Source: Marsupella aquatica (lineage: Eukaryota; Plantae; Marchantiophyta). From it: a stretch of 64,000 nt of DNA. This document shows, piece after piece, positions 37,535 through 47,908 of the stretch (its first letter is position 1; every line of letters starts with the position of its first letter). The DNA lies in contig OZ316892.1 in the NCBI GenBank assembly GCA_973895155.1, positions 30,729,328-30,793,327 on the forward strand, given 5' to 3'. The notes under the pieces were generated by a model. It was not told the DNA's origin and ran no database searches. It saw only the letters and a list, made by a program, of their open reading frames with translations. The position numbers and the translations under genes were made by a program.

Positions 37535-40500
37535 CTACGACATGTCCTCATGCGCGGAATAGAAGTGATAGGGCTTTAATCTAAAGCCATTAATTCTAGT
37601 GTCTAAGGGGGATCCATCTAAAGTGGTTAAGGATACAGAACCATTAGGCCATATGTTCTCAATTCGATAAGGGCCGATCCAATGGGTATGTAATTTACCC
37701 GGAAAAAGCATGTAGCGGGAATCAAAAACTAACACTAAATCATTATTAGCTAGCTTAACCTGTTTAAGCTTTTTATCATAAGAGTGTTTCCGGTTTGCTT
37801 GGACTACAGCAGTATGTTCTAAGGCTAAAAGTCTATTTTCTTCTAATTTCATAATATCAACAAACCGACTCTCGATACTTGCTTCAAGGGTGAATCTCTC
37901 AGGAATAAGTAAGCGCTCAGTAGGAATGGAAAACTCAATAGGGATAATACTATCAACCCCATAAGTTAAATAAAATGGGGTTCTAATTAAGGGTGGTAAT
38001 CTTTTCAGCAGTACGGTAAGCCCAAAGCGCAGAGTGCAATTTTACATCCCAGTCAGTCTTGTGAGATTCCACCATCTTATTCAGAATCTTGCCCATAATG
38101 CCATTAGCTCTCTCCGTTAAGCCATTAGCTCGGGGGTTGTAAGGAGTAGTTTTGCGATGCTTGATAAGATATATGTCAGTAATTAACTCAATAGTTGAGT
38201 TAAGAAAATGTAGACCCCTATCGCTGACCAACTCCAAAGGACACCCGAACCGAGTAATAATATGCTCAAAGAGAAAAGCAGCCGCTGTTGTAGCATCATT
38301 CTTGCGAGTGGCTTTAGCCTCCACCCATTTGGTGGCATAATCAGTGGCCAGAATAATGTATTTGCTACGACTTTTCTTAGCGGCTGGTGAAATTGGGCCT
38401 ACAAAATCAATACCCCATTTCTCAAAGGGGGCCAAAGGAAGGATGGGAGTGAGTGGCCATTTAGAAGATGCAGTGGGTTTGCCTACTCGTTGGCATGGAT
38501 CACAGGTTTTAATAAAATTGTAGGTGTCCTTGTGCATTGTGGGCCACCAATATCCGGCATCTTGAATTTTCTTAACAGTGGTGGTAACTGCATAGTGTCC
38601 GCCTGTCTCACCAGAATGTAAGGCTGCAATTACCTGTGGAATTTCTCTCATCTCAAGGCAACGCCGTAACCTTTGATCAGGGCCTTGCTTAAATAAGGTG
38701 CCTTTGATAATTGTATAAGGACCTACCTTATGTGCAAAAACAGCCTTCTCCTCTGCATTAAGTCCTTCTGGAAAGACCCCATACAGCAACATCTTCACAA
38801 TATCAAAATATTTTGAGGACTCGCCTTCAATGTGCCAAAGGTGCTCATCCGGAAAGTCGTCAGACAGGTTGTGGTCATTCTCTGTACCTGGAAGTCTAGA
38901 CAAGAAGTCGGCATTCTCATGGTGTTTCCCTGGACGGACTTGCACCTCGTAATCAAATTCCTGAAGCAGGAGGACCCATCTAGCCACCCTCCCCGACAGG
39001 TCAACTTGATTAACCAGGTATTTCAAAGAATGATGGTCCGTGTGAAAGATGATCTGATATCCAAGAAGATAATGACGAAACTTTTTGCAGGCAAAAACAA
39101 TGGCTAAGGCTTCTCTTTCGGTAACTGTATAGTTTTTCTCAGCAGCACTCATCTGCCTACTGGCATAATAAATGGGATGATCCCTATTGTCGTCATCCTT
39201 TTGACTCAAGTTAGCTCCGATGCAGAAGGCAGATGAGTCAATGAAAACATGAAACTTCCTACTCCAATCTGGTGGGGAGAGAATGGGCGCAGTCACAAGG
39301 CGGTCCTTTAGTGTTTGAAAAGCTTGCTGTCTTTCTTCATTCCAAACATAAGGTTCATTTTGTTTGAGCAATTTGGTCAGAGGCATAGCAATATCAGCAT
39401 GTTTATGAATGAATCTGCGATAATACCCGACATGCCCTAAGAAGGCACGGAGTTGCTTCAAATCCGTCGGAGGTTGAAGTTCCACGATCACCCGGACCTT
39501 TTCTTTGTCCACCTCTATGCCACGCTGAGAAATGACATGGCCGAGCAAGATACCTTCCTGCATTCCGATGAAGCACTTCTCGGGGTGTAAGCACAATTGA
39601 GCTTCCCGACACTTCTGGAAAGTCTTATCGAGGTGCATTAAATGGTCAGCCGCCGATCCATACACACAGAAATCATCGATGAAGATCTCCATGAAGTGCC
39701 GAAGGTACTCCTGAAAAATAATCATCATGATACGCTGAAAAGTGCCTGGGGCATTACACAACCCAAATGGCATCATTGCATACGCATATGTACCCCAATC
39801 TGTTGTGAACGTGGTCTTGTCCCGATCCTCCTTTCGAATGGAAACCTGGTTGTACCCAGAGTATCCGTCCAGAAAAGTATACAACTCATGCAATGCGACC
39901 TGATCAAGCACTAGATCTATGAAGGGTAAGGGATAATGGTCCTTCCTGGTGGCTGCATTCAATTTCCGATAGTCCTAACACACGCGGATTTTTGTCTTTC
40001 CATCAGGTCCCGCCTTCTTGGGTACAATGACAATGGGGGATACCCATTCACTACTCAAGACGGGGTAGATGAAACCAGCAGCAGTCAACTTATCCAGCTC
40101 CTCCTTCACAAGGACAGAGTACTTGGGGTTCAAACGGTACTGCCTTTGACGGACTGGCACTGCCCCTTCCATCAAGTCTATCCGATGCTCTCCCAGATGA
40201 GGGTGGATGCCCTTCAAATCTGAATGACTCCATGCAAAAACATCCTTGTACTGGGTCAACAACTTAATGTACAAGTCCCGCAACTCACCCTGGATATGCT
40301 TTCCTATATTAAGGAACTTGCCAGGTTCAATCTCAACTTTTTGACAAGCCTTAGGGTCCACTATACCATCCGTTAGGCCTGCTGGCCTAAGCTCCAAATC
40401 ACCAACATCAGACTCACTGATTTCCGGAGAGGGAGGGTGTTTTCCATTACCGGAGGATACGCCATGCATTTGCTGATCTGAGAATTGTTTCCCTGTATCA

Positions 40501-40547
40501 TGGCCGACTCCTTGTAAGTTTGCTTTCTCCCCTTCCGGTGGAAATTG
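37535..40547 (-). pseudogene. pol: Gypsy D pol (RT-RNase H-INT) with one stop and one frameshift
   Basis: RVC*DYRKLN, LDGYSGYNQ, MPFGLCNAP, FIDDF, EREALAIVF, H-H-C-C, WGIDFVGP, SDRGLHF, NGLTER, WIGPY; TAG at 39975, frameshift near 37985. Confidence 0.95.
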
Positions 40548-43500
40548 TCAAAAAGGGTCCTCAGAAGCTAATCCAGTCTCCACAACTGGATCAGATAGGT
40601 AAACCTCCAAATAGCGTACCTCCTCCAACTCAAACTCCAATGGCTCCAGAATCAGGTTGGAATCCGAAAAGTCTGACGTATACCCGTCGTCAGTTTGCGT
40701 CTCGCCCTTATGATCCTCAGTAGCCCAACTCACCACCACCTTGGGTTTACCAAAAGACATCTCTTGAGCTTTCCAATTTACCTGCACTTGGGCTTTATAC
40801 AACCAGGGGCGGCCTAACAAGACTGGAAAGCTGGAAGGTACCTCTGGACTTATTATCACATATTCAAAAGTAAATGGAACACCAGCAATCAGAGTATCTA
40901 CCTTACTTAATTTTCCCGCGGGAACAACTCGAGATTGGTCCGCCATGCGCAGGATCTTGGGTGTTGGTTCAAACTTAGTAAATCCAAGATTAAATGCAGT
41001 TTGCTGAGTCATGAGGTTGACGCTGGAACCACCATCCACTGGTACTCTCCTCACAACACATCCTTGAATTTGTACGTCCAGCTCTGGTGGTCCCTTATCC
41101 TCCCATTCCAAACGTAATACATCCACCTCTGGCAACTTACGCCGCCTTCGCTTTCCTGCCAACAATCCTCTCAATTGGCGTCTATAAACCGGGTTGTCTT
41201 GCAACAACTCACCAATGGTGATATGAGCAAGATGGCCCTTCACGTCTTCTACAATATCATATCCCTGTTGCTTTAACACAGGTCGTTCGGGCTCCTTCAC
41301 CACTGACTTCTGAATTGAATGCGAGGTGTGATCTTTAACTAGTTCCTCTAATTGAGCTTTTACTTCTGAAGAAATGTCAGGTAAAAAATATTTGGGATCA
41401 TAGCGATCATAAGCTGGGTCCTGATCCTTGGGTAGGCCTTCCTCAAATGGAGCTCGTTCCTTCGGCTTAGGTCCCTTCTTTTGGTGCTTCGCTACTGCTC
41501 GTTTCTCCTCTTTCCGCTTGGAACGAGTAGTTGCATAGGTATCCGTTAGAACTTTATCCCGATCCTGAACTCGAGCATTAGGCATGCCCACCACCCCTGG
41601 CTTCACCAAGTGATCCACTAACACATCAGGAACAATTCCGGCCAGTGGTTGAGCAAACGTGGAGTGGCCTGTCACTTCCACTCTGTTCACATCCCCATGG
41701 TGGATCATTCCACAATGCTCAACCTCTTCAGAGTACACCATCCTCACTTTAGCCTCTGGTCTGATTGTCTCCTTGACAGGCTCTTGAGCAAAGCGAACCA
41801 TCATTTTTGTTTTAGGCGGATTTGGACATTCCACAGGCAAGTGCCCTTCCTTGCCACAATTTCCACATATAGGGGTGTATCCCTCTTCTCTCTTCGGATA
41901 CGGACATTGCGGTGAGTAGTGGTCCGGCTGACCGCAATTCCAACAGGATCCTTTCTGCCGTGGAGCTCCTCTAGGGGGGTATCCTCCTGGAGGTCCCATA
42001 GGCGGCCTGGGAACAGGTCTGTTGAAGGCAGGTTTTGGCGGTACCCAATTATTCATTGGTGGAGGGGCAGGTGGGAAATACTGACCTCCTGGTGTTGCCT
42101 GAACTGCATATGCCGGCTCGTATTCATAATCTTCTACCTCCTCCGGTCCTTCCAAGTAATTTACTGCCATACGCCAATTTGGGCACTCCGTCGGATAGTG
42201 CCCTTGCTGATTACAATGGGTACACCACACGTTTGTCCTCATGGTTGGTGGTAATCTTCGCACAGGTTTCACCGTAGCAATATGTACATTCAGCTTAGAT
42301 AGCTTCCCGGTTATTTCCTCCATCATGCGATCCATTTTTTTCTGAGTAGAAGTCTTAGGCTCTACCTTCGAGGTTGACTTCTTCTTCTTGGAGGCGGACT
42401 GTTCCGAATCTGAACTAGAACTAGAGCTAGCGCTCGCACTAGTGCTTGAATCCGTACTCTCATCGTCTTCACTACTGCTGCTGTCACTATCGTCCTTCTC
42501 CGAATCAGATTTAGACTTTGATTTTTTCTTCTTTTTCCTCTTATCTTTCTTCAAGTCTTTCCTCACTCGCTTTTTCTCAGAAATTTCAGAATCCACATAC
42601 TTCTGCGCTGATTCCTGAACTTCCTCCAAAGTAGTACCACCTTCACGCCTGACATATCGAGCAATTCGTGACGGCAATCCGTTGATAAACCAATCCTTCA
42701 CAGTAGACTTAGATGTGGCTGGATTATATTGGTCCACCAAATCCAACAGTTTATCCGCATATTTCCTCACAGACCCATGTTTCTTCATGTGTAAATGAGA
42801 GATCCTAGCAAAAGCTCGAGCGGCAGACCCCTCCTCTTTGTACTTAGCCAAGAAGGCAGCCTTCAACTTACCCCAGTCATGTTTATCTGGAAAGCGATCA
42901 TACCACTTTTGAGCTCTCTTCTTCATCAGTCCACCAAATAAATTAGCCTTTTCCGCATCTTGGCTTTGTCCATTTGAAGCTGCAGCAGCTTCAAATTCCT
43001 TCAAATAGACTTCTGCATCCTCTTTAGATGATCCAAAGAATCTATCATATCTCACATTGTTACGAGCCATTATAGTAGGACTTAGATTAGGGATGGGCAA
43101 GGCAGATCGGATGGCAAACGGATTAGTCCAAGTTTGAGGACTTAATACAATAGAACTACTAGATTCTGAACTACTGCCGGAGCTCTTCTCGCCTGAAGAC
43201 GACCCTTCTGATGAATTAAATGCTGTGAAGCCTTCAAGTTCTTCTAGAGTTGGATTCTGTTGTAAAATCCCTTCGACATCTGATGGTTTCCTTGAATGCT
43301 GTGGTGGACCAATCAACTTGGGTCCGGATCGCAAATTCACATATAAGGGTCTACTGGGTGCAGGATTTTCCAGAGTCCCTTGGGTTACCCTAGTCTGAAT
43401 GGAGGTTACCTTCCTTGTCACACTTCCCGGTAAAGGGAATTCTGATGCTTGAAACTCAGACAGGAGGTCTCGAGGCTCCACTGCCTTGCTCGAGGATTCT

Positions 43501-43556
43501 GATTTATAAGAAGCTTTCCTCCATTTCTTTTTGATTTGGCGAGCTTCCTCCGACAT
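40548..43556 (-). CDS. gag: Gypsy D Gag-protease, 1002 aa
   Basis: Capsid, Ser/Lys-rich linker, three CCHC knuckles, PR motifs VPVDGGSSVNLM and FPVLLGRPWLY. Confidence 0.95.
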   Translation of the reverse strand: MSEEARQIKKKWRKASYKSESSSKAVEPRDLLSEFQASEFPLPGSVTRKVTSIQTRVTQGTLENPAPSRPLYVNLRSGPKLIGPPQHSRKPSDVEGILQQNPTLEELEGFTAFNSSEGSSSGEKSSGSSSESSSSIVLSPQTWTNPFAIRSALPIPNLSPTIMARNNVRYDRFFGSSKEDAEVYLKEFEAAAASNGQSQDAEKANLFGGLMKKRAQKWYDRFPDKHDWGKLKAAFLAKYKEEGSAARAFARISHLHMKKHGSVRKYADKLLDLVDQYNPATSKSTVKDWFINGLPSRIARYVRREGGTTLEEVQESAQKYVDSEISEKKRVRKDLKKDKRKKKKKSKSKSDSEKDDSDSSSSEDDESTDSSTSASASSSSSSDSEQSASKKKKSTSKVEPKTSTQKKMDRMMEEITGKLSKLNVHIATVKPVRRLPPTMRTNVWCTHCNQQGHYPTECPNWRMAVNYLEGPEEVEDYEYEPAYAVQATPGGQYFPPAPPPMNNWVPPKPAFNRPVPRPPMGPPGGYPPRGAPRQKGSCWNCGQPDHYSPQCPYPKREEGYTPICGNCGKEGHLPVECPNPPKTKMMVRFAQEPVKETIRPEAKVRMVYSEEVEHCGMIHHGDVNRVEVTGHSTFAQPLAGIVPDVLVDHLVKPGVVGMPNARVQDRDKVLTDTYATTRSKRKEEKRAVAKHQKKGPKPKERAPFEEGLPKDQDPAYDRYDPKYFLPDISSEVKAQLEELVKDHTSHSIQKSVVKEPERPVLKQQGYDIVEDVKGHLAHITIGELLQDNPVYRRQLRGLLAGKRRRRKLPEVDVLRLEWEDKGPPELDVQIQGCVVRRVPVDGGSSVNLMTQQTAFNLGFTKFEPTPKILRMADQSRVVPAGKLSKVDTLIAGVPFTFEYVIISPEVPSSFPVLLGRPWLYKAQVQVNWKAQEMSFGKPKVVVSWATEDHKGETQTDDGYTSDFSDSNLILEPLEFELEEVRYLEVYLSDPVVETGLASEDPF

Positions 43557-43610
43557 ACCTCATTCTTAGCAATAGTAAAACTTCTCTCCCCAGTTAATTG
43601 TCTTGCTACA

Positions 43611-43964
43611 TTACTGAATCCAGGTCGTACTCAGAAGTATTGAAGGAAGATGTGATTCATGAGGCCCCATTATGAAGAAATCCAGGTGGTACAGGCGATC
43701 ACCAATTTGAATAGGTACTACCCTCATCTCCCCCACAGGTTTAATCAATTGGCCATTGATCCAGAACTGTGTGTAAGTTGGTAAAATTGGTATGAGAGCC
43801 AGATTCTGAGCCAAACGAATAGAAAGCAAATTAATTCGAGAGCCCCTGTCTATTGAAACTTCCTTAATCAGGTATCCCGCCAATCTCACCTGAGATTCAA
43901 AAGAACTTTGGATGGCTCTTGTGAACACATTGGAGGGATGCATGGTAGCTTTGATTACAAGCAT
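43611..43964 (-). CDS. Stand-alone retropepsin (aspartic protease)-like ORF upstream of gag, 117 aa
   Basis: VSIDRGSRINLLSIRLAQNLAL...KPVGEM...ILLSTTWIQ aligns colinearly with the element's own PR VPVDGGSSVNLMTQQTAFNLGF...VPAGKL...VLLGRPWLY. Confidence 0.7.
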   Translation of the reverse strand: MLVIKATMHPSNVFTRAIQSSFESQVRLAGYLIKEVSIDRGSRINLLSIRLAQNLALIPILPTYTQFWINGQLIKPVGEMRVVPIQIGDRLYHLDFFIMGPHESHLPSILLSTTWIQ

Positions 43965-44654
43965 CTTTCAATGCCACTCAAATTTTGAGAAAACACCCAC
44001 TACAGATGGAAGCGGTCACCTTGGCTTTTCCCAAGGGGCATGCCTCTTGCACCTTGTGTCGAGGGATTCGAACAGGTATGTCCATTCAACTCTTGGGAAT
44101 CCAAAGTGTCTGGAAACCCATTCAATGCCTTGGAGATCTTCTCCTGACCCCTCTTCATATCCTTCTTTGGCTAGGTTTACCGCAGCACTTCCTATCTCAT
44201 CCCCCTATTGGGCCCCATTTCACCTTGAAGCATTGTACTAGCCAATTCCGAAATAGAAATTACAGTATATCTCTCCTGAGTAATCCTACCATTTAATCTC
44301 AGCATTACCAAATGCAAATTCAAACCTTCCCACCATATTATGGACAGCCAATGAACTCCCCTTCTACCCCTCACACTTAACACCCATGTTTGCACATATT
44401 GATTATGCAAATTCCTAACTCGTAGGGAGCCTAATGATCTAATGGGTGGGGGCATTCTTCAAGAATCCTCCACCCCTAAGGTTGGCTTACAGCCTAAGTA
44501 TCTCAATAATTTTTAGCATTGGCTCTAACACTTATCCTAAACAAATTGATCTCTTCAATAAAAAGGGTAAAACTCTTTCCAAACTTCACCTATAATCCAC
44601 TGATTATCTTAATCTCGATTCCTACACACAGAAATCTCTTTCTTCACATGGAAA

Positions 44655-44864
44655 TCAAGCACCCTTGAGGCTATCCTTTTTGGCCTTAATTTCCTTCCTT
44701 CTCCTTCTCCTATTAAGGAGGGCTTCCTCCCTCATCATCTCCCGGAAAGCTTCCGGGGCATTTGCTAGGGTGAAGGGTCGAACCTCCAGCACCTGAATTG
44801 GCCATTGTCCTGAATCTTCCATTAAGTAACTCCTTCTGACCAATTCAACCTCCTCGGTTGGCAT
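44655..44864 (-). CDS. Small leader ORF (69 aa) with RT-motif-like segment and basic tail
   Basis: PFTLANAPEAFREMM versus own RT PFGLCNAPGTFQRIM; RRRRRKEIKAKK. Confidence 0.45.
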   Translation of the reverse strand: MPTEEVELVRRSYLMEDSGQWPIQVLEVRPFTLANAPEAFREMMREEALLNRRRRRKEIKAKKDSLKGA

Positions 44865-44897
44865 TCACTGCCTTGATATCAATCCATTCCATACTGT

Positions 44898-44915
44898 TCC
44901 CCGGCAGCGGCGCCA
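44898..44915 (-). promoter_or_regulatory. tRNA-Asp PBS of gypsy D
   Basis: Minus strand TGGCGCCGCTGCCGGGGA, 9 nt from the LTR. Confidence 0.9.
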
Positions 44916-44924
44916 AAAATCATA

Positions 44925-46642
44925 TGTCGTATAGCCAAAAGAACAAAAAGGAACACTTTTTACATAAAGACTCGGAATACGATCCCTTTAAGAACAGATT
45001 TGGAAAGAATTGAATGAATTTATCTCTCTGAGTAATCTAAAGCTCTCAGCACATAGATTTCTTGTTTCTCACTAAAAGATCAAATAAACAAAACACCAAA
45101 GTAAATAAACTTCTGTCTTATGAGTCAAGAGAGAGTCAATTATGGTCTGAAAACTCTGATTAGCTATTGCCACTCCTTCAAAAAGGACTATGGTCTTAGA
45201 ATAGACATAAAACAAGTCTCATAACTCACTAATTTCTCTCCTGACTAAATAAAATTGCATGATAAGGAATTTCCAATTTGCTAAACAAGTATTGCTCTGG
45301 TTACAAATGTAATGATATGACTTAAGATGCCGGCAACATGGTTTGACATCAGCGATACGCAATTCCGTCAAACACTAAATCATATTCCATAAACAAAGTA
45401 ACGGTACTGAATACTCTGAGAACCAAACTTTACTTCTCACATATCAAACAACAACTCTTGAATTAGCTAGCGAATCTTGACCCTTCAAGCAAGCCTAGCA
45501 GTGAATTCAATGTAAGTCACAGAAGTTTGTAACTGAATTCAAGTATCAAGAAATTTCTTGAATTCATAAATTCAAACATAAGTTTTACTTCCATACAAGA
45601 CTTTTCTTGTTAAAATGGAAGGAGGGAAACTAACAGAAGTCTGATTGGAATTGTCCCCCCCTTCTTCCGAATGGAAAAACCATGAGGTTTTATAAGTAAA
45701 GGTTCCCTTAACTGAAAAGGCATGACTTTTCAAACCTCAAATATCTAAAAGACAATCCTAAAAGAAATAAAGAAATGCATTGGAGACTTAGTGGACGCTT
45801 TGTAGAGCGTCGGTGCTTTCCGGTAAAACTAATAAACAATGGTGTTAATCTAATTTTAACTTCTAAACTAAAAGTCGGAATGAGCTGAGACTTTTCTAGA
45901 GTACTCTACTACATATAATCTCTATGCTGGTAAAGTTTCAGACTTTTCTGAGGTCTCTAAGTGCCTCAAATAAATCGGTGAAAGTGGCACGGTGTTATAA
46001 AAGTATGGAAATCAGAAATATTTCTAAGTGTCGGGAAGATAGTGGACGCTTCAGAAAGCGTCCAAAACTACAAAGGACTTTTATGGACGCTTCAGAAAGC
46101 GTCGGCTGAATTTTGAGGTTTGGTCGCGGCGTCCGTCTTCCGGCCTTCAGGTGGGACGCTTCAGAAAGCGGCGAAGTCTGTCTTGGCGGACGCTTCAGAA
46201 AGCGTCGATTCTGCTTTGTCTTCTAACACGGTCGGACGCTTCACAAGGCGTCACTTCTCATGTGGACGCTTCAGAAAGCGTCTCATCGGACTTTGGGGTT
46301 AGCGGACACTTCAGAAAGCGTCTTAAAGCGTCCGGTGTCTGGTTCGAATAGACGTTTCACGAAGCGTCTTCTATTCCGTGGTATCGGTGAAGGACGGCTC
46401 AAAAAGCGTCGTGGTTAAGGGGGTCGCATCTGGTTGGCAGCAACCGTGGACGCCTCAGCTGTCTTGAGGTTTATTGGCTTTGTAACTGGGGACGCTTCAG
46501 AAAGCGTCCTTAGTTAGACTAAGTGAGTTAACCGCCAAATGGAAAGTAGACGCTTCAGAAAGCGTCGTTTTTGCTCAAAAAGTTTGAAACGATTCAGATT
46601 TTTCTCTTATGGTCGTGTTTCAGCAAAAGTCTCCTTTCCACA
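44925..46642 (-). repeat. Gypsy D 5' LTR
   Basis: Direct repeat of 32956-34673. Confidence 0.97.
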
Positions 46643-46647
46643 ACCAT

Positions 46648-47908
46648 GAAACATCTGAAATCTTACAGATCCAAGTCCAACAACTTGACATGGGATTCCA
46701 TTTCCCATCAACACTGACCCGTTGGAAACCGTGTAAGAACTGAAACAATCTCTCCTAGAGCAAATGTGAAAAGTACATGCACTATCTAGAATCCAGTCAT
46801 CACTACCTGGATTTGACACTACGTTGAGAGCATAACCTTGACATCACAATATGTCATCATCATCGAGTAAATCTACCTCATGCAAGCTCGATGCCGCATT
46901 AGCAGAGGCAGTAGGGACCTTTACTCGACAATCCCTTTTCATATGGCCAGGCTTGCCACAATTCCAACATGCAAGAGGCTTCCTCTCTTGCGATTTCCCT
47001 CTGGTTTTAGATCTCCCCCGTGATGTAGATCTAAACCTGTTCTGCCCATTCGTGCGCTGCGCTGCTCTTCCCCTGTTCACATTCAGCGCAGTGCCAGAAG
47101 AAGATGCTGTCTGTGATAGACCCAGCTTCTTCTGAGCATCATCAGACAGTAATGAGCTCACCACCTCATTATACGAAATGGACTTCAAATCTCTGTACAA
47201 GAGCACCTGTTTCAAGCCCTGATAAGACGGCGGTAAGGAGCTTAGCAGAAGCAAGGCCTTATCCTCATCTTCAACTCCTTTTCCCAGGTTTGATAGATCC
47301 ACCGCTAGACTGTCAAATTCATCCAGGTGATCCTACATCTTGCTCCCTTCCTTGAGCCTAAGGCTCATCAAGAGAGACTTCTTGTACAGCCGGTCTGACG
47401 CATCTTCCCGGTAGTACTTCTCTCTTAGAGCCTTGAACAGTGATGTGCAATCCGCATAATCATCCAGCTGCTTGATGATGTGCGGCTTGAGATATAGCAT
47501 CACTGCATTGACAGCAATCACCTGCTCCCGTCTCCACTGTCTCAAAGAAATCTCCTCCTCTCCATCATACTGTTCTCGCGAAGAGAGCAGAGGAGCTAAG
47601 CCCATGGCCCGTAGAACACCCTTCACTTGCTTCTCCCATAGCAAGTAGTCAGTACGACCATCGTACTTCTCCACTTCAAACTTTACTCCTCCAAATCTAG
47701 CCATCTCCCTCTTCTTCCCTACTACTGACAGCTCTGGTAGTAACACAGCTTCCTCCACTGCACGCCGCACCGGTGATCGTACCGGTGTCACTAGTTCTTC
47801 CTCAAACGGTAGCAGCTCCTCCTCAGACTCTCCGTCTGACCGTCGCGATCCTGAAGCTCCACCGACACCAATTCTTCCAGTATCCTCCGAGTCACTCATA
47901 TGAAACAA
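46648..47908 (-). pseudogene. gag: Copia gag and protease N-terminus, with in-frame stops
   Basis: KFEVEKYDGRTDYLLW, ALLLLSSLPPSY, CWNCGKPGHMKRDC, WILDSACTFH; TAG 47333, TGA 46844. Confidence 0.92.

Larger units (their letters stand above)
32956..46642 (-). mobile_element. Full-length non-chromovirus Ty3/gypsy element D (Athila/Phygy-like), 13.7 kb
   Basis: 1718-bp LTRs, TSD ACCAT (32951-55, 46643-47), tRNA-Asp PBS, PPT, gag-PR-RT-RH-INT, no chromodomain seen, extra 3' ORF. Confidence 0.97.
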
